Source of the DNA: Sarea resinae | Lineage: Eukaryota | Length of the DNA: 64,000 nucleotides | Reading direction: 5' to 3' | NCBI GenBank assembly: GCA_026026165.1 | Contig: JAPEUD010000044.1 | Location: forward strand, 124,001-188,000 | In this document: piece by piece, positions 35,293 through 47,805 of the stretch | Layout: each line of letters starts with the position of its first letter | Numbering within the stretch: the stretch's first letter is position 1 | Notes under the pieces: model-generated | What the model was told of the DNA's origin: nothing | The model's database searches: none | Seen by the model: only the letters and a program-made list of their open reading frames with translations | Program-made: the position numbers and the translations under genes

Positions 35293-38264
35293 AGTCGGTC
35301 AAGATAGGATGATATCGATCTATCATAGATCTCAGTAGAACGGTCTCGGCAGGTGGCACGCTTGGTCGTGATGGTTGGCACTGTAGTCGGACAAAATGAG
35401 ATGACGATGGCGGTGATCTGATAGCCTCACAAGGAATCGAAGGAGTGGCTAGGTGCGTGCGAAGAGAGAGTCGCGTTGAACGAACTTAATTAGAGCAAGC
35501 CATCATCTATTTTGTCGCTCACCTCATCCAACGTTCAATCGTTGTCGAAACATTCACCACCCTCCTGACTCCACTAACTGCCTCTCTAAGGCCGTCCTCA
35601 CGTCCAGTACCTCAATCAATACACTCATTTCCCAGTGCAATTACATGCACCCGTCGTGAGCCTGCCGCTTTCATTCGCAAACTGTTTGCTCCAACTAATT
35701 CTAGTCCGAGGCAATTGGGCAGATCATCTTGAGGTTTCAACCGCACTTTCTTGTAACATATTGTAGCAGCATTGGACACTGTCAGATTTCCACCATCTCT
35801 AGTGAGTACCGCAGAGCACCTGAATTCGCGATTCGCAAATGCGAGGTGACGCTCTTGAAGGACATCGTACTATATGGCGACGGGAATCGTGTATGATGCA
35901 TACCTCATAAATTGGATTTGCTCGTTGTTTGGCTCGAGGATCAGGGCTTACATAAGGGAAAAGAGGTTTTATGTAGGATTCATCAAGTCTCACTTCCAAA
36001 CTGCTATCCATGTATATGTTCTGCACATCTAGAAAGGGGCTTTTCTCGAGCAATGACTAGACTCTTGTTATTGTCACACGAGGTAGAACATCATGAGTGC
36101 GCATGCTTGTTGATAGGGCCACACTTTGAGTGGTGATGTGTATTGCCGGGTCTCGGACTTCGTCCAAAGGGTTGCACCAGGGGCTTACCCGGTGTTGAAT
36201 AAAACCCATTTTGAGAATCGCTTCGCGGAGCCGGAGGCATCTCCGACGAACATCAGTGGCACCCTCAGAAGCACGCCAACATGCACAGATCCAGAGGGGC
36301 CTTGATTAATTTACCCCACCTCCCATGTGGGATCAGTTATAAATTTAAGGGATTCTTCTCCCTGAAGTTACCTCGGCCAGAATGATGAGGACGCGGACGG
36401 GAAACATGTGGCCAAGAGACTGAATGCAAGTCGACTGGTGGCGAACAACATGGATTTGGAAGTCAAGAAGGTAACTTGATTGCCTCAGAGACGGCTCCCC
36501 TGCTTAATATATTCTTCTAATTGACGATGAGTCTGACGGTCAAAATGCAGAGATAAATTTAAAGGGTTTCCCTTTGGTGACGGTTGTGAAGGAACGACTA
36601 CCGCCGAGAGCTATCTGATACCTGAAGAGGCGGACGCCTCCGAGACACGAAATGCCAGTGTTTACTTACGCGAGCGAGAAGGGGGAGACGGATAGAAGAT
36701 CCGTCCCGAACGATTCCCATCCTGCCGGCGATGGTGATCTGCTTTTCTGGATCTCTAGTCTGGATTGATCCATAGAAGAATCCAAATCGCATGTTCGAGA
36801 CAGATCCATGAATCCAATGACGAGCTTTCCAGATGGCTCCTTCACGATCCGGAAGACAGGCCCGTCGAGTATTGGGCAGATACTGTCATCCCATAGGGCT
36901 GGCTGCGGAGAGAGAGACTCCAGGGCTGGCGAGAAGAGCCTGGAAGGCAACTTGGGTACCTGGCGGGACCTTGGTCGTCGCCAAAGATTCGCGCGTCATC
37001 CAAGTACCCGGACCTGGCCTCCTCGGGATCTGTGCTGATGGATTGGTCCGGATGGGCAAGCCGATCTACAACGACAAGTACTACGGACGACCGCAACGGA
37101 CAAGGAATGACGAGCGATGCGACATGTGCTGCTTTGAATAACTACTTGATAATGACGACCTTTTTTGATGCCCTACAGCGGACCATAATACTTGGCTCGC
37201 CAGAACCTCATTCTGGGTGACTGACCGCAGCAGCTGGAGTCTACCGTCTACGCTTTATTTACCCTGAGCTTACCTAACTCTGACACCAACCAGACCCGGA
37301 TCTTCGCGCTGAAATTACATAGTACGACAACCTACGACGGCTAAATACTGCTGTTGCGACCTTATTGCTACCGTATTGTTGCTACGACTGCTGCTTGTCT
37401 TCGTTTGGTCATTTGTTGCGCTTGCATAGCGAAAGGCGATTTGCGAGAGCACGCGTTCCGGGGGCGGACGTTGTCTCCGCAAGTCCATCGATCGTTATTC
37501 CAATTCTCTTCTATCGCCCCAATCCAAGTCGGTCTACGTTCTTCCAAGATCTCCACGCGACCGATTTGCGCACTTCAGATCAGCAACATGGCTTGACCAA
37601 TTCTTTCCCCATTCTCTCCTTCCGCCACTCGATATCTGAGTATCAAGAAGGTGCTGTCCGACGCAATAGCCACAACTCATCTCGGTCCCCACGTCATTGC
37701 ATATCCTATGGGTGCCTTGCAAGCCTTACCTGACCTCACTTCCGCATACTTAACTCAGCTCAAGTGCGCGTACTCCGACCAGCACCCTTCACGCTGCATC
37801 ATCATCTCCAATATCATCGTATACCGTACCTTGTTTGCCTTACCTACCTCGACTCAATCCAAAAGTCACCTTTCCCTGAACGTGCAAGGGCTTCTTGATC
37901 CGCAGCCATTGCAATCTGTCATCCACGTGCAATGCTCACGGTTTCCTGGTATACAACATCGGCGTTCGTTAGCAATCTATCCACTACAGTTTCAACTATA
38001 TGACCTGGGTATGAGAATTGCCTATCTGCTATCACTTCTCCTCGGAACACTATCTAGCAAAGCCCATGCAGATCTGATCACCGTCGCCAAGGTTTTGACA
38101 TACAGCGTCTCCATCGTTGGGCGATCCACCAATACCAGATACGACCCCACAGGCCCGGGCAGGTGTGTAAGCAATTCCTGTGATCCTGTAGATCAAGTGC
38201 CATTCGCTCTTCTTCGGGGATTGCGTCGTCGACATTCGATCTTTCCATCGCGTCGTGTGAACCG

Positions 38265-40954
38265 ATGATGAGCGAAGCGGAAGCGGGAGCTTCCAGTACC
38301 AGCGCGACGGAGCCCAATCCCCGGAGAGAACGCGCAGCTATAGCGGCCCAGGTAAAGACCAATTTCTTGCACTTCATTCTTGACCGGCCACTACCCAGCC
38401 AAACGTCCTCGAGCCCAAGCCTTCTATTTTCCACAGACATCAGGCTAACCGGAGATGGCTTTCGTTGCTCTCAACAGGCATGCGATACGTGCCGATCACG
38501 AAAATCCAAGGTATGCTCCAACCACATCAATATCTGTGTGCCTGCTAATCACCATGGCGTCAGTGCGATGAGCAACGGCCGAAATGTTCGTTATGTACGC
38601 GTTTAGGCGTGTCTTGCCACTATAGAGAACCGCAACCTACCAAGTAAGCTGCCTGAAATTCCCAAGTTCCTGAAAGTGTTTCCGTAAATGGGCAGATCAC
38701 TGAGCTTGTGCAATTGCCTCCACTTCGCAATTAACAAAAATCAGGAAGGACAAGACGCTCTCCCACATCCTCGACAGTCTCATACGCCTCGAGGGTAAGA
38801 TAGATGGGCTTTCCCTTGACAGACCGAGCTCCGTTGCTATCGCCAATCCTTCCGCGTCTAGCGTGGGCTCACCCACCAGTCGTTCGGCCTTTCCAAATTT
38901 CGATCTAAAGCCACCTCAGGACCGGCTGATTGCCTCTAGCCGCACCAACGATACAATAACCGGCTACGACCTGTCGGATAAGAACCTGCCAAGATCAGCG
39001 GGCCACCTTACTGCAGCTCACCAGATTCTGCTTTGGCCAGCCATTCATAAATCATTGCTGCGTGTCGGAATTCAAAGCGTTTCCGATCTGCCGCATTTCA
39101 TCCAAAGGGATGGGATTGCATGGGTACTTCGCTTCCAGGGAATTCACCTCGATCTCCCTGATGACGAAGGTCTCAAAGCTCAGCCTGTGAATAGTACAAT
39201 TAGTGAAGGCACTGTCGACACTAGAGTCGTTTTCCCCGAGCTATCGTATGACACGATGCGCAATCTCGCAACAGTCTTCTTCGATACATTCAATCTAGCC
39301 TTTCCTTTCATGTGTCGGCAGACATTCTTCCAAAGCACATTGGCCACAGTTGTGAATGAAGGGTTTGCGAACGGAGGAATCGATGGGGTCATCGTTCTGC
39401 TTGTCCTTGCACTGGGAAAGCTAGCTCTAGACGGCTCTCTGGGGGAACCTATATCAAATCATCGTGGACGGCCTAGTGGCATTCGAGGCGGCACAGCGAA
39501 AAGACCACCTGGCCTTGCTCTCTTCAATGAAGCTAGGAGGAGGATGGGCTTTGTGCTCACGAGAAATGGCTTGGGCAACGTTCAGATTTTCTGCCTGGCT
39601 GGGTAAACTATCGCTCCCATATCACAACTGACGAAGCTGACTGCCCTACAGCTTGTACTTCTCTGCTTGTAATCGATATATCGTAAGTACGCACCATGAA
39701 TTGTGTTGGATTCAAATTTACGTTTTGTTTAGGAATTCTATCGAATGGCCATTACAGCCTCGATGTCCTGTCGAATGCTGATCAAATGGTATGTTGTAGT
39801 CTTTGCCGGTGCTTGGAATTCATGTTGAAGTTTCTTCAGCGATCCATTGGATTGGTCTTCACATCACGGCGATCTTGTCAAGAGGGCCTATTGGCATTGT
39901 GTCATTATCGAAAGGTATCAATAATCTCTTTCGGGTGCTTTGATTCTTCTGACATCTCTAGCAACCTCCATTTCGAGCTCGACCTACCTCCGACCGGTAT
40001 CGAGGGATTCGAAGACGAGATGCCTTTACCGTCATTTATCGGACCAGTCAGCATAGAGGACGATTTGGCGAACGAGAAGAGCCATTACCACTACTATTTC
40101 CTGGCTCAAGTCGCCCTTCGGAGATTATCCTCCAGGGTGCACTCAACTATCTATGATGGTGTATATGACTGCAATTACTACTTCTCATTACACTCGTCAT
40201 AAGATCCCAAGCTAACTGATGTTTGCAGTTACGGTGAAGCCGGGCAGGAACGAGGTTTATGGAGGCCCAGGTGCCAGCGTCATCAAAGAACTCGCCAGGC
40301 AGCTCGAATCCTGGCGTTCCCTTTTGCCCCATGAGCTTCAGTGGGAGGACGAAAAGGCTCTCGATGTGTACCATCCCGACCTGGGTCATTCAAAGCCCCT
40401 GTTCTCCTTTGGCAATCTCCTCGCCCCGGTAGCGCATCAGTACAATGCCGACCTGATCGTCGCTGCCCTTAGGTCTCGATTCTACTATCTCCGGTATATG
40501 ATCTACCGTCCGTTCGTGTACAAGGCATTGCACTATCCGAACCATATGACCCAGGAGGACATTGAATGTTGTATCATCTGTCTCAAGGTATGTGGATCTC
40601 GCGCAATCTTTGCAACGTTTGTTCTCTACTTATATCTCTCAGTCGTGTCTCAACTGGCCCATCTACACCGCCCCTCCTCGCGATAAGAAACGACTCATTC
40701 CCTACGTCTTCTCATGGACGCCCAACATTCTCGGTATCCTCCTTATTCTTCACATGACGACCGAAAACCGTGTCCTCAAATATATCCGCGAGTCGCAATT
40801 CGCCCCAGGCGAGCTCGAGCAGAGCGCGTCGCTGATGTTGGATTTCATTCTCGATATGCGCCAGGTCGACGGGATCGCCGAGCTCAGCTGGGATATCCTG
40901 AAGCCGCTTTATACCCGAACCAAGGGAGGTGACGGGTGGGTGTTCGACGAGTGA
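38265..40954 (+). CDS. Zn(II)2Cys6 transcription factor (about 10 exons)
   Basis: Spliced cluster ACDTCRSRKSK/CDEQRPKCSLCTRLGVSCHY; middle region with RAYWHCVIIE/SNLHFELDLPPTG and LRSRFYYLRYMIYRPFVYKALH. Confidence 0.92.
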
Positions 40955-41604
40955 TTATGGTGGGGCGTTGGAAGAGGAGAACTTAACAAAGGGAGAGGTT
41001 CTCGTAGCGCACTTTTCGTCCGGGGAACCAGGCACTGACCACATGGTTCGTGGCTTGGTATTGGCTTATCTCGGCATTATCGGCGTGGGTCTGCATACCT
41101 CGGGAGTTATAGCAGTGCTCATATCGCATTCAACTGCCCGTCATTCGGGTCCCTGCCATAATCAGCTCACTTTGGCTTTATCTTTGCTCCTGGGAGCTGA
41201 GCGAGCTGGCTTGTCCATGCCTTCTCGTCTCAAGGTTCAGGGAGAAACAAGCACGTCATGTCGAACGCATGAATGTTCAGACTATATCTATCGTAGTAAA
41301 CGTCGTGAAGCCTTACTCTGTAATCTGGGCCGTATTGGTCGTGACGACACTGGTTGGCATTTACCTTCGCGGCTGGCAGAAGCCGTCCACCGCTACGGCC
41401 GCTCAGGGCATCCTTGGTACGGATTTATATATTTCCGATCAAGGGTCTCCCGTCCGTGAGGGATTCTCGAATTGGTGCCGATCGAGCTACGTCAATCATC
41501 CGTCCCTCGCCATCGCAAAACCACAACCATAACATATCACTCACCAGGCCCCATCGAAGCAAGCCAGGTCCACTCATTGCCCATTCTACAGAATTGCCCC
41601 CACC

Positions 41605-42462
41605 ATGTCCGCGTCCTCGAAGGTCATCTCCACGGAGCCTTTGGTAGCTTGATCCTCTGCCCGCTCTCTGCTACCTACTCCGCTGACCACCCCACCACTC
41701 AGCGCAACGAAGACGCAGTCTGGACCAAATTAGTCAAGTACGGCCCGTCGCTCACCTTCTGAATATACCTCCAAGCCATCTAACCACTCGTCTTTCCCAT
41801 CAGAACGACCTACACCGACCCGACCTCGACGATGCGAACCTGGGAGTCTGCCGAACGGCGCACACGGCCCGCGAACTCCCTCATCGACGGCGTCGGTATC
41901 CTCGCCGTGCTCGAGAAGGCATCGGGTCCCGAACTGCTGCTGCAAAAACAATATCGCCCTCCCGTCAACAAGGTGTGTATTGAGGTGCCGGCCGGCCTGG
42001 TGGACGCAGGCGAGGGGCCCGAGAAATGCGCCTTGAGGGAGCTGAAGGAGGAGACGGGATATGTGGGGAAGGTCGTCGAGGTAGGACAAATGGGAGGTGT
42101 CAGCTGTGTCATGTTCAACGGTGTGTCCCTTTTTTCTGCTCTCTGTTTTTCTCTCGTCCACCTCACCCAGGAAACGCAACAGAACACTGATGGCTCTGCC
42201 GCCTCTTGCTCTGCTCACAGACCCGGGCTTCTGCAATACCAACCTTCAGATGGTGCACATAACCATCGACCCGTCGCTACTCGAAAACCAAAACCCGGTC
42301 CCACAGCTCGAGGAGAATGAGTTCATCGAGTGTTTCACCGTCCCGCTGAGGGATCTCTATGCCGAGTGTCGGCGGCTGGAGGGGGAGGGCTACGCCATTG
42401 ATGCGCGCGTCGGGACGCTGGCCGAGGGAATCGAGGTCGCGCGCAAGTGGAAGCTGTTGTGA
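41605..42462 (+). CDS. YSA1: ADP-ribose pyrophosphatase (Nudix), 4 exons
   Basis: RTWESAER, LQKQYRPPV, Nudix box PAGLVDAGEGPEKCALRELKEETGY, DPGFCNTN and IDARVGTLAEG motifs. Confidence 0.92.
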
Positions 42463-43209
42463 GTCTGCTAAGCCGCTGCGTCGAAGGATACCCAAGCCGA
42501 GCACCGACCGAGTGATGGAAAAAGCTAGAGTAGGAATTCCATAAAAGGGTTTTTTCCATTCTGTCTCGAGGTCTCTGTCACTTTGAACAGCGTAGAATGA
42601 TATGACGAAACCTCATTCTACCCTAGACCTCAAGCCCAACTGCACAAAACAGTCCGCACCATACCTCCGAGAGCCGAGGAAAACTTACCCGTCAGTAGAG
42701 ATGATCCATCCGGAACCCCTTGACCGGACAGAGTCCAGCTTGACTGACCATCCGACTTGGCTGTGCAGTCTCCTTCCCTCCCGCGACCTGCTGGCTCTCT
42801 CGATGCCACTATGACCATGTAGCCACTACCTACTTGCCCGCTCGATCATCTCGAATACATATGAGGATAGGTAGTGTCCGTCGAGAGGGCTCTCTCTGTC
42901 CGGGAACGAGGAACCTCTCATGCGGTGCAGAACTCCTCTGGCTCCTACCGTGCTTGCCTTTTCCTCATCACCACTGCCTCTTTTGTTTATATATCTATGC
43001 GTGCATTACCTAACTCTCTCTCTCTCCGTCTCTCTCTCTACCTGACGTTTCCCAACAGCAAGAGAACAAACAAACACCAAGAAAAGAAAGAGAACCAAAA
43101 AACGATAAATCAAATGGTTTGGGAGTTAAAAATGCCCTCGATTTGTTCTAGGAGGATGGTGGACCGGAACCGAGAAAAACCCAGAAGCCCAGTCCAGGAA
43201 GCCCGAATT

Positions 43210-43238
43210 CAGAACCAGAACCAGAACCAGAACCAGAA
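43210..43238 (+). repeat. (CAGAAC)n hexanucleotide repeat
   Basis: About 5 units. Confidence 0.9.
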
Positions 43239-43871
43239 GTGAGAGCTAGGACCAGACCGCCGGAATCTAGTCCGAGAACGAACAAACCGTCCACACCGAT
43301 CAATGTACGACCAGACAAAGTCAGTAAATACCAACACATCGACATCTATCTACGTCCATCTACCATCTTTTCTCACTAGGCCGAATAGGTAGATCGTATA
43401 GGATGGGATTCTGGAATGGAAAGTCGTCCGAGCTTCCGTCTACTTGCTATTTCTCAGCTCGAGGTATGCACGTAGAGAGGCAAACTGCAAGGCAGGATGG
43501 CAGGGTGGCAGGGTAACACATTCAAAGATTCATAACAAGTTCGAATTCTCCATGCTTTCTATTCTCCTTCGCTTGGTCCCGCCATCCATTCCCCACTATG
43601 AGCGATGCAGATGCAGCCTTCCGTCGAGAGAAGAAGAAAATTCACGCCCCCCACTCCCCCGGTACGTGTGCCCCAAGTTGAGAAGAAAATGACTATGAGA
43701 AAGCGAAGAAACAGATGCAAGAGCAAGAGTGAAAGCAATGGCAAAGCGAGCGTGGCTCTGGCACGCCGTCGTCGTAGGTTCTTGGTGCTCTACGAGTCTA
43801 CGACGACGGACGGGCTTCCGGTGTAGGAATGAGAGCTGTCCTGGACGTGGGATGTGCACATGGATGGGGCT

Positions 43872-44572
43872 TTAGCGCATCATCTGGGCTGTATATCCAT
43901 GGATCGTCAGTAAGTGTGCTCGAGAGCAAGACGAGGACGGGCAGAAGAAAGGTCCAATGAGCAAGGAACGGGAAAACGTCAGGGTCGCAACTCACACCAC
44001 GGGACCGTCCTCTTGGCCCTCTCCCCCGCAGCTTTGCTATTCACGTACAGCTCGTCGGCATCGGTCTGCGTGATGTCCTTGTAGCCGATCTGATGTAGCA
44101 CGTTCAGCAGCCAGCTCTCGTTCTGGCTCGCGCTATTGACCACTCTCTTCTTCTTCGTCTGCTCGTCCTGGACGCCGGCTTCCGACATGTCTGCCTCCGG
44201 GCTGCGTTTCGAGAGAATGCCGCGCTCTTCGACGTCGGAAGTCGAGCGCTCCTTGTTGGCGAAGTCGGGGAAGAGAGAGGCTAGGTGCGAGAACGTGAGG
44301 CCGTTGTTATTGGCCAGGGCCGAGCGAGCTTCTTCGTGGCGTTTGGTCATGGTATCGAAGATGCTTTTCTGAGGAGATTTAGAAATGATCGTATGACCGA
44401 ATTCAAAGATTAGAAGCTATTCACATACATCTGACCGTCCTTCCATCCGCATGGCGTCGATTTCTGCCCTTTCCCGCGCTGTGAACGGCGTGGGCGACGC
44501 GATGATGAGCGGAGCAAAGAAGATGGCGACGAGCCAGAGGGAGCAGAGCGCTGAGATACTGAGTTTGGCCAT
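43872..44572 (-). CDS. Small secreted protein (about 177 aa) with multiple KR sites; introns at 44369-44428 and about 43889-43995
   Basis: Signal-peptide-like MAKLSISALCSLWLVAIFFAPLIIA-SP. A GTATGT..CTAA..CAG intron joins in frame to KSIFDTMTKRHEE... A second GTGAGT..CTGAC..CAG intron gives ...KRTVPWSQMMR*. Confidence 0.72.
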
Positions 44573-46305
44573 TGTTTCTGATGATGTTTTGGTCGATTGC
44601 TCAGTTCCAAAGAAGATGAAGAAATGAGTAAAAAGCCTTGGGGCAAACAAGAAGCGTCAAGGCGAAATGAATGATCGATCAACGATGATGCTTCTCGGCA
44701 CGACAGTCTAAAATCTTCCACCGGGACACGACTCGACACGACACCACGCAAATGCCACAATCTACCCAGGCAGGCTACAAGCCGGAGGGACGATTTGATT
44801 CGAAGACGAAGGAACGGACTGCTCTGTCGAATGGGGCGAGCGCAACGAAGCCAAATCGTAAGACAAGAGGAATGTGGAAAGAGATGAGCAGTGCAGAGCA
44901 AGCAGGTGGAAAAGGCAGAGGCACAAAGCCTTATATCCCCCGAACCGCCCTTGAGTCGTTTCCTCCTCACGCGTGCCCTTTCGAGAAATCCCTCCTCGCA
45001 GAAGTCCGAGACGGATGTCAAGCCACGATGGCCATGAAACAATGGCCCAGGGCCCCCAAGCCGAGCTACGTGTGGATGCTACGGGGAGAGTACTGCAAGG
45101 CACAGCTGAAAAGGGCACTCGGGCGGCCACCGAACCATCTCCGGCTACCTCGTAGGATCAGTGCACGCAAGGTCGGTCAGCCCGCCAGTCAGCCAGTACG
45201 ACGAAAAGAGCAAAGAGAGCGTCATCAAGCTGGATGGATGTATCATCCCTTGGGTCAGAAGGAACACGGCGGGCGTGGCCTCCCGATCGGGGCGAATGAA
45301 CGCATGGCAGTCTCCGCCGTCGCCTTGCAGCGTTTGGAGACGGAGCAGGCAGTCGTCAAAAGCACGGACAAGAGCCAAAAGCCCAAAGGGAAACACGGCC
45401 AAGCAAACCACCTCAGGCAGCGAGCATGTAAGGTGGAAGGCTTCGAAGAAGAGGGCGGGCCAGGTCCAGCATGAGGACAAGTCAGTCACTCTCCACGTGC
45501 CGAGCTCGGACCAAACAACCATCGTGCTCTGGGCCGCGGTCATCAGAAGAGAAAAGACGGTCGAAGAGCTGGCCCGTTCATGGCGCCCCTTGCGCGGCGT
45601 GGTCGCGTCCTACGCGCGATGTGGCTGAACCATCTCTCGCGATTCGCATCCTCCAAGGGATGAGATGGAGAGATGGACATTGTCGAGGCAGATGCGGATC
45701 ACCATTCTCGGACAGGATGGAATGTACGACTATAGTGTCAAGATGGATCCAGACACACAGCACCTTACTTACCTGGGTACGACGGTGTAGGAGCCAAGGC
45801 ACCTTACCTTGGTGCTGTCGCCGCCCTTGCGTAGGATCGCTGGACCCTTGCATCATCAGTCCTACCCAGGCACTTCATTTGCTCACCACCACCAAAGCCG
45901 TCACCGAGGCCGAAAGACAGATCTCACTTTTCAATTCAATACATAGTAGGTGGATTAGCTTCTGATTGGATGAAATGCCGGCCATCTGTCTGCAATCTTC
46001 AACGTGGCTTTTCCATCCCATTCCCGTCCTTGCCCTTTCTTTTGATTTTCCTCTTTACGCAAATAAACACGCCCATCCTTCAAATCGCTCGCTAAGATGA
46101 AGCCATCAAAAGGACCTTGGTATCTTTCTGCCATCCATCTAATCACAACGCCTGGCCACCGATCCGCCTGACCGTGAGGCATGCGAACCATGTGGACCTG
46201 TGCTAATGCCATCGCTGTACGCTCATGCGCGCGTCCCGAAACTGATTCGCTAATCCATATCATAAAACAGCATCTGAAAGCAGCAATCGTGATTCGTCGT
46301 ATTCA

Positions 46306-47805
46306 TCACGCCGCGCCGACGCCTCTGGCGCCGAATGCGCTCCCAAAGTTCATGCTCCTCTTCAGCCTCAGCCGGACCTCGGGTTCGGGTTCTGGTAAGC
46401 TTCCTTCGTCTCCGTCATCAAGTTCTGAAACCGAGCTGGTCTCAGACGGTGAGTACACAATCTTCCTTGCCTCTTCTAAAAGCTTGGAATCCAGTTGCTT
46501 CAGGAACACCCGGTCTTTCTCATTGTTGTTTTTCAAGTGCAGGGGACCCCGTAATTCTACATCCCCATCATCCATCTCACGCTCGGTGATGACCATTTCT
46601 ACTGGCACCGTGACACTGGGACGAGGGAGCTTTCGGGTTTGCGTCGGCGTAGCTAAGCCATCCGTATCAGGTACCGCCTTGGAAGCAAGCGGTGTATGGC
46701 CAGCGTCAATTTTGAGATTGGGTGGAGTTGGCGGCGTCCTCGGGCCTTGATCTTGATTCGCGTCATCCTCGGCGGTGGCAGTATTCGCTGGGACTCTTGA
46801 AGGTGACGGAGATCGTAAGGGAGACGCAGACGAGGGCGACTTGATCTTGGCTACGATGGACGGTGGGACGGCGGACGGCTTCAGGCTTATGCCGTCGAGT
46901 CCCTTTTCTACAAAGGAGATATCGATGCCACTGGCGATAAGTTTCGAGGTCTCGGACGAGATGCTACTAGTGGGTGAGAGGACACTATCCATGGTCAAGA
47001 GCTGTCCGTTGGTTGCCGCAGGAGACTCGGTCTCGGATATGCTTGGCAGATGATTGTCATCCGGTGGCGGCGAGAAAATTCTAGTGACGCCTCCATTCTT
47101 CCTAGAGCTTGGCCCTTCCCAGACTTTCTCGCCGTTCTCAGAGCCGTGTCCGTGCCTGGGCTGTTGACTATGCGTAACTCCGTTTGGAAAATAGCCATGG
47201 TTCGTCGACTGATTTGCAGGCGCCGGCTTTTCGAGTGGAGAAAGACTCAGACTTGTCTCTGGAAATTTCCTGGCTCCGAAGGGAGTCACCTCGAGCTCGT
47301 GAATCCGTGCATACAGAGCCCGCCTCTCTGTTTCCCACAGTGCCCGCTCTGATGCCCAGAGGGATCTTTCCTGTTCGAAGACGCGTCGCTGTTGATCGAG
47401 AAGGGCACGAGACTGCTCAATGTAGGCGGAGGCGAGAGAGTTTGCAGAGGCGGCCTTGATCTTCGGTGACAGAGGCACGCGACTGGCAGATCGGATCGAA
47501 GACTGTCGAGACAGAGGAGGCGAAGCTAGAAATGGCGCAGAAGCCAGGAATGGCGCAGCCTCATGACTGGGTGAGATGATGGGCGAAAAGCGTGAGGTCG
47601 AACCGTTACTGCCAGAGACGGTGGACGCAGGAGGCAAAGCGATAGAAGCGGGATCGATATAGCCGGGCGACATGATGGCGGATGGATGAGACGATGAAGT
47701 CGGCGACACGCCTTCGATGCTGTTGATGCCGTCGAGGGCTGGGGTGGGGAGGAATGATAGAGTAGGTGACTTTGGAGCGGCCATGGTGGCGGTGGGGAGA
47801 TCCAT
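46306..47805 (-). CDS. Uncharacterised S/P-rich protein with central coiled coil (start 47805 or 47784)
   Basis: About 500-aa intronless ORF with a QQRRVFEQERSLWASERALWETER coiled coil and C-terminal EPEVRLRLKRSMNFGSAFG. Confidence 0.82.
   Translation of the reverse strand: MDLPTATMAAPKSPTLSFLPTPALDGINSIEGVSPTSSSHPSAIMSPGYIDPASIALPPASTVSGSNGSTSRFSPIISPSHEAAPFLASAPFLASPPLSRQSSIRSASRVPLSPKIKAASANSLASAYIEQSRALLDQQRRVFEQERSLWASERALWETERRALYARIHELEVTPFGARKFPETSLSLSPLEKPAPANQSTNHGYFPNGVTHSQQPRHGHGSENGEKVWEGPSSRKNGGVTRIFSPPPDDNHLPSISETESPAATNGQLLTMDSVLSPTSSISSETSKLIASGIDISFVEKGLDGISLKPSAVPPSIVAKIKSPSSASPLRSPSPSRVPANTATAEDDANQDQGPRTPPTPPNLKIDAGHTPLASKAVPDTDGLATPTQTRKLPRPSVTVPVEMVITEREMDDGDVELRGPLHLKNNNEKDRVFLKQLDSKLLEEARKIVYSPSETSSVSELDDGDEGSLPEPEPEVRLRLKRSMNFGSAFGARGVGAA

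Noticed and set aside
40929..41532. Hydrophobic ORF fragments resembling a decayed membrane gene
   Set aside because: No recognisable family or consistent splice structure; they lie in the 3' UTR and promoter space between two genes.
44752..45628. Overlapping 240-aa and 155-aa plus-strand ORFs
   Set aside because: No motifs or coding-like composition; they lie antisense to the leader and promoter of the secreted gene.
45845..45870. Hammerhead ribozyme (CTGATGA on the minus strand)
   Set aside because: No GAAA core following a stem II.
45766..45880. U1 snRNA (TACTTACCTGG matches the U1 5' end)
   Set aside because: No GATCANGAAG loop I, no ATTGCAC loop II and no proper Sm site. It is better explained as the reverse complement of a splice donor.
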